NCBI RefSeq assembly: GCF_006345805.1
Contig: NC_042997.1
Location: 123,442,001-123,506,000 of the forward strand
Origin: Octopus sinensis
Taxonomy: Eukaryota
Length of the DNA stretch: 64,000 bases
Direction: 5' to 3'
Shown here piece by piece: positions 25,640 to 40,467 of this stretch. A model generated the notes under the pieces. The model was not told the DNA's origin, did not search any database, and saw nothing but the letters and a program-made list of their open reading frames with translations. Each line of letters begins with the position of its first letter. The stretch's first letter is position 1. The translations under genes and the position numbers were made by a program.

Positions 25640-26010
25640 TTCAGTATCGAAGGCGTAATTTGTCAGTGATATACTGACAAAAGATTTGCCTTCTCTTACA
25701 TAATAACAATGAACCCACCCTCTCCCTCCTGTAAAATCTTAGCTTTCGAGGGCCCAAAATTATTAATAACTTGTGGAAATCTTTCACAGACCGGCTAGAC
25801 GTAGATGTAGATGAGTTAAAAATAGATCTAGAAAATTCTTTGTCTGATGTACCAGATGAACCTACATTACAAACATACCGTTTACTAGAAAAAATGGACT
25901 CACCATTCACAAGAAAAATGTACGGAGAGAGGGAGAGAGTGCTGATCAGTAAATGTATAATAAACTAGTAATTATGCAATTGGCAGTGTCCAGCAAGGCC
26001 ACAGCCAGGA
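25640..26010 (+). mobile_element. CR1/L2/Crack-group LINE 3' end
   Basis: NLSFRGPKIINNLWKSF...DVDELKIDLENSLSDVPDEP. 3' motif GGCAGTGTCCAGCAAGGCCACAG at 25982-26004. Confidence 0.72.
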
Positions 26011-26316
26011 CTAAATATAGCAAAGGACCAAAGAAAATTGTGCATGAGTATTAATTTTAGGAGAATCATTCTCAATAAAACGCAAAGAGAACGCATTGAT
26101 GCAAATGCATTTATTTTTCACTGCCCAAAATCGAATGTAGTTTCTCGTATGTATAGAATAATGTTGAATTTATAAAGTGTGGAGAAATTAAAGGCATTAA
26201 AAGGTAAGTATGGGTTTCATGGTATAAGCGTAGATGCTTTTTCATACGTAGATGCTTTTTCAAATTTAGAACCCATAAATATATATAATATATATATATT
26301 ATATATATATAATATA

Positions 26317-26380
<64 letters not shown>

Positions 26381-26834
26381 CACACGAGACGTAGTTCTCC
26401 AGGTTTACAGGTATTATGTCACAGTTTCTCTGCATTGTGAGGTATTGTTGTGTTTCATCAGGTGATACATAAATATTGTTTCTGTGTTCCGTAAACCTAA
26501 ATTTTCGGCACGACCGCATCCTTTATATCTCTGGTTTCCACTACTTCGCGTAGCCAGGAGAGACGAAAAAAATGCGGTTGACTCTGAATTTTCGGGTTTA
26601 CACATATGCACACGCGTGTGTGTGTGTGCATATATATATATATATATATAAGAAATATAGGTAAATGGAGATTTTATTAGTTCCTACATACATTTCACTA
26701 TTACGCTTGTTTGAAACCTGCATTGCATGTTCGAAGTTCATTGGGATGCTTAGCGAGAAAGGAATATTAGAAAACACTTTATTGTATTCAGCTACAGAGA
26801 ATACATTAAAATAAACATAGGGCACTATATATAT

Positions 26835-27130
26835 GGAAGCACATGGCATAGTGGTTAGAGCAGCGGACTCGCAGTCGAGGGACCGTGGGTTCAAATCTTA
26901 GACAGGGCAATGTGTTTGTTTATGAGCGAAACACCTAAGCTCTACGCGTCTCTGGCAGAAGGTAATGGCGAACTTCTACTGACTCTTTCACTACAACTTT
27001 TTCTCTCTCTTTCCTCCTACATCTCGCAGCTCACCTGCGACGGACCGTTGTCCCGTCCAGGTGGAGGACCAAATCGGGAAACCGGCGCCTATGAGCCAGC
27101 CGTGGCTCGAGAAGGAACAAACAACAACCA
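26835..27130 (+). mobile_element. SINE S3
   Basis: Homologous to 12213-12520. Ends in GGAACAAACAACAAC. Confidence 0.88.
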
Positions 27131-27949
27131 TATGTATAGTTATTTTGGTATAGGTTACAGCTTTCTAATACAATTTGAAATATGTGATGTTACTCTTCTG
27201 CAGGTCAACAAGCAAGTTTCAATTTCAATTGCCACAAAAAATATACTTCTCAATATAATTGCTGAGTTTTCAGTAACTCTTTTGTCTTGGCTATATGAAT
27301 CTGAAGTGGACAAATTAATCTACTGAAAATGAAGTTATGAAATTGTCATACATTCTTTCTTTTTTCTTTTTTCCCTTTTGCACGTATACTTTAATCTAAA
27401 GTGAAAATTCTCGTATGTTAAGTTTTTCTTTCATCTGAAAGATATCAATGACATTTAGCAAGTTAATATTGTCTCATTAAAGATAATAAAACTTGTTGAA
27501 ATATGAATAGCCTATTTCTGTGCTTGCATTTCTTAAATTTAAATCCGTATTTCAAATTTGTATTTTGATTTGCAAGTCTTGTTATTTAAAAAAAATGGTT
27601 TATAACGACATTCATCATATCTCCAAATAATCTTAGGAAAATATTGGACGAAAGATTGTAATATTTCAGTGGTCTTAGAATTCTTGGGGGAGAATCCTTG
27701 GTTCACATGCAGAGTATTCCGTATTCATTTATGGAAAGATTAAAATTTGTTTCGTACAAAGCGTAATGCTGTCAGAATATCTGAAAACATAAGAGGTGTA
27801 ACACAATCGTGAATAATCGGCAATGAGAAAATGAAGACTTAGAAGAATAAACGAGGTGAAATGAGAAAGGGTAGAATGAAAAATGACTGGAGAAAGGTTG
27901 TGGATTAAAATCCATTAAACGTTGTTATAATAAATGCCAAGAGCAGATA

Positions 27950-28175
27950 AGCAGATAAGGTGGTGAGCTGGCAGTATTGTTACCGCGGCGGGGAAAATGG
28001 TCTGGGACACATCTTTCGTCTTGACTTTCGGAGTTCGAATGTCGCCAGTGTTGACTTTGCTTTTCAACCTTTCCTGGTCGATAACATCAATCCCGGTTGG
28101 GCACTGGTAGGTTGGTGTAATCGACTTACCACCTCCCCCGAAATTCCAGGCTTTTATAAATGCCAATAAAAGACA
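27950..28175 (+). mobile_element. SINE S1 variant (diverged)
   Basis: GGTGGTGAGCTGGCAG...GAGTTCGAATGTCGCC...TTGACTTTGCTTTTCA...AAATGCCAATAAAAGA. Confidence 0.8.
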
Positions 28176-28369
28176 GGTTAATTATATATGTTTATTGAAA
28201 GCAAGCATGTTATTTGTTGTTTAATGCATCATATCGTTATACACATACACACGCACAAACAAACACATACACCAAGGCAAACATACATACGTTATTATGA
28301 TTTCTTTCATACATTTTTATATATAATTATTATTTCTTATTACGAGCCTTGTCTGATGGTGCAGAATGT

Positions 28370-29169
28370 TGTTGAAAGACATAAGGCTTTCCAATGCATA
28401 GACTGTTGATCCAAGGCTTAACAACTTTATCCAGAACTTTAATATACGCAGCAGCATACACCCTAGGACCTTGTGGAAAAAAAGTGATGAGGTATCATAT
28501 GTCCTTCGCTGATAACAACATCCAAAACCGTGACAGTTGCAGGATATATTGGAACTTCAGAAGTTTTGCACATAGTCATGTGTCATTTCTTCTACTAGTT
28601 TTCTGGACCTGATCAAACTTTTCTCATCTGAGAAAAATTAAATCACACCATCCTCTGATGGATTTTTATTTTTGTTTAAAAGTCTTTTGGATCTGATAAA
28701 ACGGTTTCCTTCTGGGGGTTTTTCTGACATGTATTGACCTCTCCTCATCACGTAAGATTGTATCTGATGTCTTCATGCACGACGTTTCTGAATCTTTCTT
28801 CTGACACAGAATTATTTACTTCATTGATTTTTCTGGATTATCTTCAATGTATTGCTTAACGTCCTCGGTAGATTCATGTGTCCTGATAGAATCAGATCGT
28901 TTGGAACGATTGTACGTTTTGATGCAGGTAATACGCTTCTTTCACCGAATCTTGTGGACAAAATATCTTGCAACTCTCTGAAGAGGAGAAATTTCTAAAT
29001 CACCATGCTTAACCTTCCAAGTAACGATCACAACATGCCTTTTCATTTCATTAACCAGCATAGGGACCGTCATTATTATTTTCTGAAATAGAAGTTCAAC
29101 AAAACTTAGTCAAATAAAATAATGACTAAAAATGTTAAATATATGTCCTCAAATACTCTCCGCACCCTG
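28370..29169 (-). mobile_element. Tc1/mariner (maT/DD37D-like) transposon relic, 5' two-thirds
   Basis: Minus-strand peptides KRSDSIRT..IEDNPEKSM and VISEGHMIPHHFFPQGPRVYAAAYIKVLDKVVKPWI..KPYVFQQ. TIR end TA|CAGGGTGCG at 29171-29161. Confidence 0.85.
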
Positions 29170-29689
29170 TATGTATATATATATATATATATATATATAC
29201 GCACACACAACTACACGCACATACGACACGCACGCACATACACACACACACACACAAATGAACCCACACATACGTCCCATACACACGGCACACAATTATA
29301 CATACATGTATACACACATACGCACGTACAATCACACACGCACACATACACACACGAACACACACACATATATACACACACACATACTTCAAAGTAGCAG
29401 TACCGACCTGTGGTAGAGACAAAAGGCACCACTCCTTCTTCCTCGACCTTCACACTACTAGCCTTACAAACACGCTTTCCTTAACAGCCACAACCACACA
29501 CACACATACACACGTGTCATCATTGCACACATACACACATACACACATACACACACACGCAGACCCCCGCGCACGCACATATCCGCACTTACACACATAT
29601 TCCTCCTCCCCTATCATTCTCCTGTCTTTGACAGAACTACTCTTCTGTCTTTGAAAACAACTTTCTTCACCCATTTCCTTCCGGTCTTT

Positions 29690-29900
29690 CAAAATGTGAC
29701 CTCATGTGTACCGTTGGCGATTTTTTTCCCTCTGTCTTCCCTTCTCTGGATCTTTCCTTCCTCCTATGTTTTCGACGAAGAGCTTCGCTTGAAACGTTAA
29801 ACCTTCCTTCTTCCCTTCTTTCTTGAGCGTCCAATAATACTATATTTGTTCCACGTCCTCGTGTTGTTGTGTTTTTTTTGTGCTTTCTTGTTTAGATTAA
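29690..29900 (+). mobile_element. Family B repeat with near-intact minimal HHR (29768-29802)
   Basis: GTTT-TCGACGA-A-GAGC-ttc-GCTT-GAAAC-GTT-AAAC. The core differs from CTGACGA at its first two bases. The tail is shared with 52822-52915. Confidence 0.75.
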
Positions 29901-29909
29901 CTTTATATA

Positions 29910-29995
<86 letters not shown>

Positions 29996-30279
29996 ATACA
30001 CTGTCAGTGTATATATCACGCTCTGAGTCTCTCTCTGTGTCTATCTATCTATCTCTCGCTCTCTCCTCTTATACACATATGTGTACATGATGTATGTTGT
30101 ATTGGAATTGGAAATTTAAAGTTACATTATTTTCATAACAATGGCATATATCTTTATATTTATTGACATACATTAAATTCCATATTTCCAGCTTTATATT
30201 TCCTTTAAAAGTGGAAATTTCGTACTTAAATATTAGTCCTTTATACACGTGTTCTAGCAAAGTAATATCTATATATAAT

Positions 30280-30480
30280 TAAGCCGGCGAACTGGCAGAA
30301 TCATTAGCCTGCCAGGCAAAATTTTTTTCGGCATTATGTCTATCTTTGTACTGAGCTCAAATTCCACATAGATCCACTTCGATTTCGTCTTTTCGGGATC
30401 GATGAAATAAGTACAATTTGAGCACTGTGGTGGATTGAATCGACTTCTACCATTACTCAACATTGCTGAAATTATACCAA
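30280..30480 (+). mobile_element. SINE S1 (diverged)
   Basis: GCCGGCGAACTGGCAGAATCATTAGC...GAGCTCAAATTCC...GATGAAATAAGTAC. Confidence 0.78.
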
Positions 30481-30799
30481 CATTTACATTCAACATATAT
30501 ACACACTTGTTTAAACTAACACATATATCAATTTATAAGTAGTCCCATCTTTTCTTTCATATTTTCTACAATGGTGCGTGTCTCTTACATATATTACCTT
30601 TCCTCAGTTATATCAAAGTGTGTCACCACACACTTAATTCTGTGCATACATTATTCACACTTTAATTTGGCAAATATTTTCGCAGCTTAAAAATGTATAA
30701 TTCCCTTCTCTAAGTTTGACACTAATTTATTGAAATTCTTCATTTTAATTGTTAATATATTCAAGTGTAATGAATACTAATATATGATCATTTGCCTTA

Positions 30800-30930
<131 letters not shown>

Positions 30931-31134
30931 ATAATAAAAGAAAACGTTGAAAATTTTTAATATTATGCTGCTGTCATTCTCTCTATCCATTTCATACGAC
31001 AGAGTACTTTTCATAACTTTGACAACCATTCATAATCGATAATTCAAACCAAACCCTTTCCCGTTTCACAATTTAAAATAGTTTCCTTTTTCCTTTATGT
31101 TAATTCTAAATTTTCCAGCATTTATGCATAAAGC

Positions 31135-31345
31135 TTAAGTGTGGAAATATTTCTTCCAAATTTTGACAGAAGGCCAGCAATTTCCGGCATGGGTAGGTCG
31201 AGTGCATCGACCCCACAGTTTAACTCGTGCTTATTTTATAGACACCGATCGGATGAATGTCTAAGTCGACCTCAGAACTCACAGTGGACAAAATTCTGCT
31301 ACGCATCTTGCCCCTGGTGCTAACCATTCTACCACCTCGTATCCT
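31135..31345 (-). mobile_element. SINE S1 variant (diverged, deleted)
   Basis: GCTAACCATTCTACCACCTCG end and TTTTGACAGAAGGCCAGCAATTT tail, as in other minus-strand copies. Confidence 0.65.
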
Positions 31346-31607
31346 TAAATAGTGGAAGCAAAAAAGGTCTCACACTTTGCAATATAAATACGGGTTTTGT
31401 CGGGAATTCAGCAAGCAAAATGATTAAGCTACTTTTAAATTTAAACGAGTGATTTATCTATTAGACTTGAGAAACGATGACAATACACGATGTGATGTTC
31501 ATAAGTACCGCTGTAATTTTATAACGCAGCTCTTTTGTATTTCACATGTATATTTTAAGCGCAATTTCACTTTCACAAACGTGCGCTCAACGCTTGCCGA
31601 TACATAC

Positions 31608-31669
<62 letters not shown>

Positions 31670-31697
31670 GTGTGTGTGTGTGTGTGTATATATATAT

Positions 31698-31863
31698 TAT
31701 AAAATGGGACAAGAACGCAAAACATCCGGACAACTAGGTGATACAAAAATGAACAACAAAACATCCAGATAGACGATACAAAAAACAAGGACGGGTCATT
31801 CAAAGCTTTCTATCCTTAGTCAAGGACCAGATCATCCTCGCAATTTCGGCAATTAAAATACTC
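31698..31863. repeat. Short interspersed repeat, second copy at 51708-51815
   Basis: Both start TATAAAATGGGACAAGAACGCA and share GTCAAG.ACC.GATCATCCTCGCAATTTCGGC. The 51708 copy has an internal deletion. Both follow (TA)n. Confidence 0.7.
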
Positions 31864-31959
31864 AACACCTAATAGCCAAGAATAATCTTATAGATTAAAG
31901 CAGATGCATATTTGTATATGTTTGTATAAGTGTAAAGGAATCTCTGTATTTTCTATAAC

Positions 31960-32200
31960 TATTTAGTATATAGTTGGTCATTGTGACCATGTAGCATTGG
32001 CCTAATTTTCTTGATACAAAATCTAATTGCCAAATAGGAGTAAACTCTAAGACAGTATAATCCCCTTTCCACTTTAATTTCTTTAGGAATAACTTCTGAC
32101 ATTTATTTCACCCCTACCTACTTCTATAAAGAGAAAATCTCTTTTGTCTCCATTCAACAGAATATCCATCCACACTTTCTAGCAGTTCAAAATAACTTGA
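31960..32200 (-). mobile_element. Possible very old LINE RT remnant
   Basis: Minus strand gives EIKVERG...LLLF..LDFVSRKL with frameshifts, loosely resembling RT motif 4 (RGIRQG.LSP.LF). Confidence 0.3.
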
Positions 32201-32463
32201 AGAATATTCTTCAGTCAGAAGATAAATTCTAATACCTTAATGTTCTTAAGATTCAAATCAACATATCTGTCTATGTATCTGCCCTCTTTATAATGTTATC
32301 AATTAACATGAAGATAAGTATATGTATTGATGGAAAACCTCTATAAATGTTTGATGATTGCTCAACATTTTAAAACTGTTGTAATACTTACAATGTTTAA
32401 TAAAATAATGTAACATGAAGCGATCGTACCAAATTACCGAAGATATTCTTGTTACTTATTTTG

Positions 32464-32495
<32 letters not shown>

Positions 32496-32909
32496 CTACG
32501 TAAAATATATTTTATATGTATGTATTATGTATATAATTTACATATCGATATGCATACACGCCCATACCTACACTCTCATGTACACACGCATGCACACATG
32601 TATATGCACACACACTCTCACGCCCGCACACATACAGTGAGTGTGAAGACAAAATTATACAATACATAGAAATATACCCAAAGTAAAGCATATATTCGAC
32701 ATACGCTTTTTTCCCTAGATATTGACTTAATAATTTACTTGGCATTCAAAATTTAAAGAAATTCCTTCAGGTAGACTCACTTAAGTTACCACAAATTTGA
32801 GAACAATTGCATCGCCATTGCAAACAAAAAGATCACATCTGTGTAATCTCGATTAGACCTCTGAATTCATGCCGAATTTTCATTGTAGATATTATATATT
32901 AGCTTTGCA

Positions 32910-33018
<109 letters not shown>

Positions 33019-34089
33019 ATATAATATATATATATATAAAACTTATGGGAAACAAAAAGAAAATGAAAAATTGGTATATTTTTCATATTTCAATTTATGT
33101 GTACTTTAAAATAATATTTACATAGCTGTTTATTTAATATGAGCAATTTGTCGTGCTAGTAAGAGGCAGTGTGTAATAATATTAGTGATGTTGGCTACAA
33201 GAATTTTCATGGAGATAATAAAAAATGAAGACAGTATGTATAAATATTTGCTGGTATGCCTGTAGTTCTTACACTCTGTATGTTAGTTTTGGTTGTGACG
33301 CCTCAAACTTTGCTAACAGTAACTGGACTGCCAACGTTATACTTTAAACAATATATTTTCGCTATCCGTTACGATATCCCATTACTCTTGAGTATAATTT
33401 GGAAAAATATTTGAACAAGAGCCGGATATATATTTCTTTCCCAAGCTTGATCCGACAGGATATAATAAAAACTTGAATGTCTGAATTTATTTCAGCCATA
33501 CTCAACACCGAAACATGGAATAGAAACTCATGAAAGTTTAGTTTAAAAATATACTGAAAATTGATTATTGCTTGTATAATTTTATTTTTACTGTACATTG
33601 TGAAACACCTTGAAAAATTAGCTGACATTCGAATGTCAAAAACGTGAATTGCAAAACGGAAATATGAATATGAGTACATGTAGCCATGATCTTATTCGTG
33701 ATATCATAGTGAATATTAATAATTTATGTTCAGTGAGTCGGTGTGAGTGGGTGTTGTAGCTGTAAGCCGAGGAAGACGAAAAATTTTATAGGAATATAAT
33801 TTATGTTTTTAAAAATATCTATGATTTAACGCTGCGAACACTGGATCTGGACAAGCTCATAAATTTCAACATTCAAAATGTACGATTTAAACTTTGTAGC
33901 ACTCGTTTGTTTCTTTCCTGCTAGTAGTGGTGGTGTTCGTAGAGTGATACTGTTTGTTTACTTTTTGCCATTGGAGAGTAGTTATTTGTTACTGGTGCCT
34001 GTAGTGCTGGCATTTCTTTATTTGTAGTTAGTCCTGCAGTGATGAATGTTGTGACAATATTATTCTCCGATTCATGACGGAGAATACGC

Positions 34090-34152
<63 letters not shown>

Positions 34153-35189
34153 TGTGTGCGTGCGTGTGCATGTGTGGTGTTCATTATTCATGATACTAAT
34201 ATTTCGGGGGAAAACGAAAAAGACAAGTGTCTCATGGAAATTCTGTTGTTCTGAAAATTATCGTTTGAAATTATAGTATACATATACATATTTACATTTA
34301 TATAGGTATATGTATGTATAGCACAGACGACAATGTCTCTAAGAAGGAGACCAAAACAACATAGAGAATAAGTCAGCATTCCAAGACATAGACAAATACT
34401 ACTAAGCGGACTCATAGAAGGATGTGCGGGGAAATCTCTAGACCAACATCTAATTTATCCCTATGTACTAATACGATGGAGCAACTTCCGTACACAGTGG
34501 TTACATTATGAGGTTACATTAATTGGAAAATATGAACCGCATCTGAATATGAAAATATAACCTATTTTAAGCAATATAAATATTGAGGCTCATAGGTTTA
34601 TAACATTTTGACTTACGTACGCTTAATTTACATTTACAAAAGGTTGTGTAAATGACCTCCCCACCTGCTTCTAATGGTAATATCACTCACTGATAACTTT
34701 CGCTTAAATTTATTTACATTCTTATTTATTTACAAAATATCTGGTCTCCTATAATTATCACTAAAATCTAAGTCCTGATTAGTATAAGCGAAATTGGTCG
34801 ACTTCTTTTTACAGTTTTTCAATACAGCTCGCCCTGTGAACAAGAACAAGAATATGCACGCGCGAGCGTGTTTGTGCATTGATTGTATCATCTATAGAGA
34901 TGATACCAGTTCTGTCAACACAGACACCACACCACATCACACAGTCCAATCCCTCCGTTGATGAACGCTCAGAAAACTTTTAAAACTAGCTGCTGACTGA
35001 TAGGTTTTAAAACACAAGTTACAGATATTCCTATTTCTTCATGTCTGCCCTTGGGAATCCGATCCTGAAGATATGTTTTTTTAAATTAACATATGTCTTT
35101 TATGTCCAGATATTGCCGTACTAGTTTTGTGACATATGACACAAGCCGTAAGAGGTGGTTGGAGTTCAAGATTATAACCTACCTGGGCA

Positions 35190-35700
35190 TTTCGATTTTT
35201 ATGTACTTTCTTATGATTCATGTATCCTGCTTTTGACAACCAATCACGATCACACACAATACATATCCAATATTTCCTGTTGATTTCAGTTCTAAATGTT
35301 CCTTTCCGACAGGCCTTTTACAGATCAGAGCGCTGAATCATCTTCTACTCCAAGCCGTTGCAATCAGTCCTAAAAGCAAATCTTCACTTGTTCCGATCCA
35401 GAGCATCAGTTTCCCATTTAATTTTGTTCATGTCTATTTATTTCAAGTTGTCTTTCACACAGTCCTTATATATTTTCTTTGTCCTACGTTGTGACCGCTT
35501 ACTAGAGTTGAGCTCATCTTAATAAAGAGGTGTTGTCAATCACACATTTTTCATTCACATAATGATATGTCTTTCCATTGAACTACAACATGACATACGC
35601 AAAAGTTCTGTATCTCATATGAAACATTCTTACTTGACTCCCAAGTTACGTCTGAGGCATTTTTCTTGAAATCTCACCGACATTTTCATATGATAACTGT
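35190..35700 (-). mobile_element. RTE (BovB-like) LINE 3' relic with C-terminal zinc knuckle
   Basis: Minus strand gives YKDCVKDNLK...WETDALDRNK*RF, and CIVCDRDWLSKAGYMNHKKVH (C2H2). Confidence 0.7.
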
Positions 35701-35814
35701 GAATTGTCCACGTCTAACTCGAATAAAGAAGTGAAATCAAAACACAATTTTCATAAATACTGAATTTTGTCTGCATGGAAATAATTCTATCACCAATACT
35801 CGCTTTTTCATATA

Positions 35815-36400
35815 CAGGGTGGTATTAAACTCCCTATACAATTACATATTATAAAAGAGAATGTAGAATCAGAAAAAAAGCAAAGCAATACACACGGAAT
35901 CATCAAAGTTGGTTCATAATTATAGCTTATCGGAAGTTAATCTGAGTGAAGTTTATGTAATTTATTATCTAACTTAATGCGTCGGATTGTTTTGACAAAC
36001 CGTGGTCATCAGGCATTTCCAGGCGGTCGAATACGCACGATTAAATTGCAAAAAGAAAATTTGTTTCACCAACTGACTTTAGCCGAGCGTCAGTTCATCC
36101 TAAAAAAGTACTGGATACATGAAGATGCTCCAGATGTCATCAGGCAATGGCAAGAAACATTTGAAACACGTCCTCAAACACGATAAATTCAATAACACAA
36201 GTTCTGTGTTAAATGCTCGAGTCTGTGGTCGGCCAAAAACGACATGCAATAAAAAGGAAAAAAAACAACAAATATCTGGTTATTGAATCAATATTACATA
36301 GTCCTCCTAAATCAACGAGACACCGTGCTCTAGAGGTGGGAGTAAATAGATCACTTCAGATAATGCTAAAAGAATTTAACTACAAGCAGAACATGCAGGC
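35815..36400 (+). mobile_element. Tc1/mariner-superfamily relic, 5' TIR + N-terminal HTH region
   Basis: TA|CAGGGTGG at 35813-35822. Peptides LTLAERQFILKKYW...WQETF, GRPKT and SPPKSTRHRALEVG match the DUF4817-type transposase N-terminus. Confidence 0.7.
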
Positions 36401-36644
36401 TCGATTAATAGCAGAGAGGTTAAAGGACTATCGATACACGACAGTTAGTCAAATCACAAAGACTACACACATAACACTAGACAGACCGATCCTCAATAGA
36501 AAACACGAATGAAACAGTAACAGGTACCACCACTCAACACAACACCACACCACATGACGACAGACAGTTGGAATTAGAAGAGAGAATGGAAAAATCGTAA
36601 ATAATACGCAGAAACATGCATATATACATACACATATATATTTA

Positions 36645-36995
<351 letters not shown>

Positions 36996-39900
36996 GAACT
37001 ACAGATGACTAATTAATCAATTAATTAAGATATTAGTTGATTTATTTGGTCGTTAAAGGTGAAAATGATGGGTATAAGATTAAGTGAATTTTTTATTCAG
37101 TCAAATGTCTTGCTCGCGTACAAACAACGAGCTTTCATGTAAGAATGTTTTTTCGTGGTTTTCGCCACTTTTAGCAAGTAAGAAATCCACATGGTTGTTT
37201 TCTCTCTGTGTAAATTTCATACACTATTATATATATATGTGGGTGTGTATGTATGTGTGTGTTTGCATATATATGTGTGTGTGTATGTGAGTGTGTGTGT
37301 GTGTATTTGTGTGCATGTGTATACACACACACACATATATATATGTTTGTATATAACCAGGCATACAATGCTTACATCACTAGCTCCATTACACTGTGAG
37401 TTTGCATACGATTTATAGAATTCTTTGTAATTGCTTTCTAAATACATTTGCTATTCTCCACCTCGTATTGTATAGAAGGTAATTTAAATACTTCCGATAT
37501 ATTTTAAGAAATGGAAATTGGAAGACGTTAAATGCATTCCAAAATTAGAAGTATTTTAAGCTCAATGCGTTATACAGGAAAGAGAAATTTTGTTTAGATA
37601 TATATTTCAGGGAACACAAATTACTTAGGTGATTATTTCTTGACGAATTCCACACGTAGACGTTAGCAACTTTATTGTCAATCTGTTTGTTAGAATGAAC
37701 ATTAAAAACCAAATTGCAATATCAATGACATGTACTATTTTAAATATTCTGTTACTAATAGTTAACATTTTAACATATTTTAGTCATATTAGACGTAAAT
37801 ACGATAGAATGATACTTCAGTAGACAACAGCGTTAAAGCACAGCTGATATTTCGTCAGTCCTTCTGATATTATGGTAGTAAAGCAATCACTCAGTAGGAA
37901 TACATTATTGTGCATTAGCTTCTGTGCAGCATATAAGAGATATTTCTTTGGGATTACATTACTTAATATATTCTAAATTTTACATATTTAGTCTAAATAT
38001 GTTAATTTTTCGGTAAATGAATGTAATTTTGACGATGTTCCTCTTGATGCTGTTCTATTGTTCCAAATAATCATGGTCGAACATAATTCTCATAAAACAG
38101 TTTCATGCATTGACCAGGCAATGTTTCTTGGAGTATCTAATATATCCATCCATCATTCTCTGAACCGTAATCATGAGATGCACTGAAATGGCAGTATATT
38201 ATACGTTCGTTTGGTCATTGCACAATTTCAAAATTATACTACTGTTATTACTAGGATAATAATGAAAGGAAAGGTTGAATATTCACGAAGTCTAACATGA
38301 GGTATAAAGTGGGTCATACGCCATTTCGGCGTAATAATTCGATTTTCTAGGATGCGTCTATGTGTACAAAGTATGCCTTGACTTCAAATTAGTGCATTTG
38401 ATACTCCGTATTAATCCAGAGTTATTCAAGTGTTTTCGAGATCTTAGAAAGGGATAACGTATTACGGTATTCTAGATATCTCTTGTTGGAATTGTTTTAA
38501 AATGAGGTTAGTGGGGGGAAATAGAAGTGGAACCTCATTACCATCTCCTGTGCTACGATGTTAGGAGTTAGAAAATAAAAATTAATCTGATGCTTTCTTT
38601 CGTTCTTTTTCTTTCTTCTTTTAAAAAAGCTGTTTATGAAGTTGAAAAAATATGCACTTATCTTTAAATATGTACGAACGTGATTTTTTTTCCGAAATGA
38701 CACATTTCTTCTAAATACAAATCTAGATCCAAAACTAAAATAACTGACCCTTCTATGAATGATAGAGAACCTGGCGTGTGTCCGAAAATGAAGGATAAAT
38801 ACTCAGAAGTAATCTATATAAAACTGGGTTGAAAATTTAGCGCGAACACTATAACAAAATGAAATCTACTAAAGTAAAAGCATCCAAAGGCCCGTGGGTT
38901 AAGAGCTGAAATATTAGTTGCCAAGTGTTTTAAAGAATTAAGTGAGTTATTTCAGGCTTAGCTGTGTAGCTATGTCTTCCAGTATCTCCGTCTACTAGCG
39001 TATAAGAAATAAAATATTATATCGTTACCACATGTGCGTCTTCAACACTGTCTTCAATTGTCATTAGCTGCTTTTATTCAGCTTCAACGTTAAATGCTTG
39101 ATGAAGGAAGTATTTTACAAAACGTGTAATAAAACTATTCTGATACAAAATATATGGTAGATGGCGGCTTGATGACGATGTATTAGAAATTGAAACTATA
39201 TAAATGTTTTATCCTGGAGTGATTACCGGATCCTTTTTCTTCAATTTCACTGTTTAACTTGAGCCTATTTTAAAAGTGTTACTTTTCAAACAAAAAGTAA
39301 TTTTTCTTCCAAATCTCTTTTCAAATCATTATGTTTAGCCTTAGAATGTTATCTATTATTGTATGAGAAAAAACCAATCAACAAGACGAGTCCATTGTTA
39401 TGAACAAGGGAATTGTATGGAGGAGAATATATGTATAAAGAAATGCCGGTTGATTTAAGAGGTAGTGATCTGTGGAAATTGGAAATCCAAGAACATACGT
39501 GATGAAGCTTTTAAAACTGAGGGAAGAAATAAGAATGAACAGAGATATATGGAGACACAAAGTGTTCCAGAAAGTTTGTGTAAGTATATTGAAATTATAA
39601 TTAAAATTAGCAATATTGAAGGAGACCGATAGTAAAATATGGACGTACACTTCTTTTTTTCCACGTTTTAATCATATTCCGAACAGTTCAACAAAGGTTT
39701 GTAAAAATTTTAGGACAAATACAAAGTATTCCTAATCCTTGTACAAAATAATAATAAACACAGGATTTATATGCTTGTCTCTGTATATCATTATTATAGG
39801 GAAATATAAGCATAGATGTGTTTACAATTGGAATTCTATGAATAAGTTATATTAACAATATTAAGCATCAGTTTGAGACTCATCGTCGAAATAATCCAAA

Positions 39901-40388
39901 TTACGATGTCAAATTTATGTCTATATAGTATCAATTAACATTATCACTTGACACTCTTAAATCATTCTTAGTGGATAATACAGATACGGTTATAATACGA
40001 CAACTAAGTAATTAATTATATAAACGTTGTTAATGAGAGTGGAGTGTGAAAAATTATGTGAGTGACATGAATAATCTAACGCGGCCATAATTTCTAAACG
40101 TTGCTTGTCATATTCCTCATAGCTTTGCATTCAACGTTCTTCCATAAATATTATGGGCCACAGTGTATACCAGTAATATGATCTGACTGATTTAATTAAC
40201 TCTGCCGACTTTCCCTTTCTTGATGCGCGTACAAGTACTTGAACGCACACACGGGGGAGCGCACTCACACACACATGTGCTTGTATGTATATGTGTGTAT
40301 ATATGTATATATATATATATATGTATGTATATATATGCGTGTGTGTGTGTGTGCTCGTACGTGTATGTATATATATTTACGAATATAA

Positions 40389-40467
<79 letters not shown>

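Noticed and set aside
32161-32235. Possible terminal exon after TCTTTTGTCTCCATTCAACAG
   Set aside because: No recognisable product or partner exon, and it overlaps a probable minus-strand LINE remnant.
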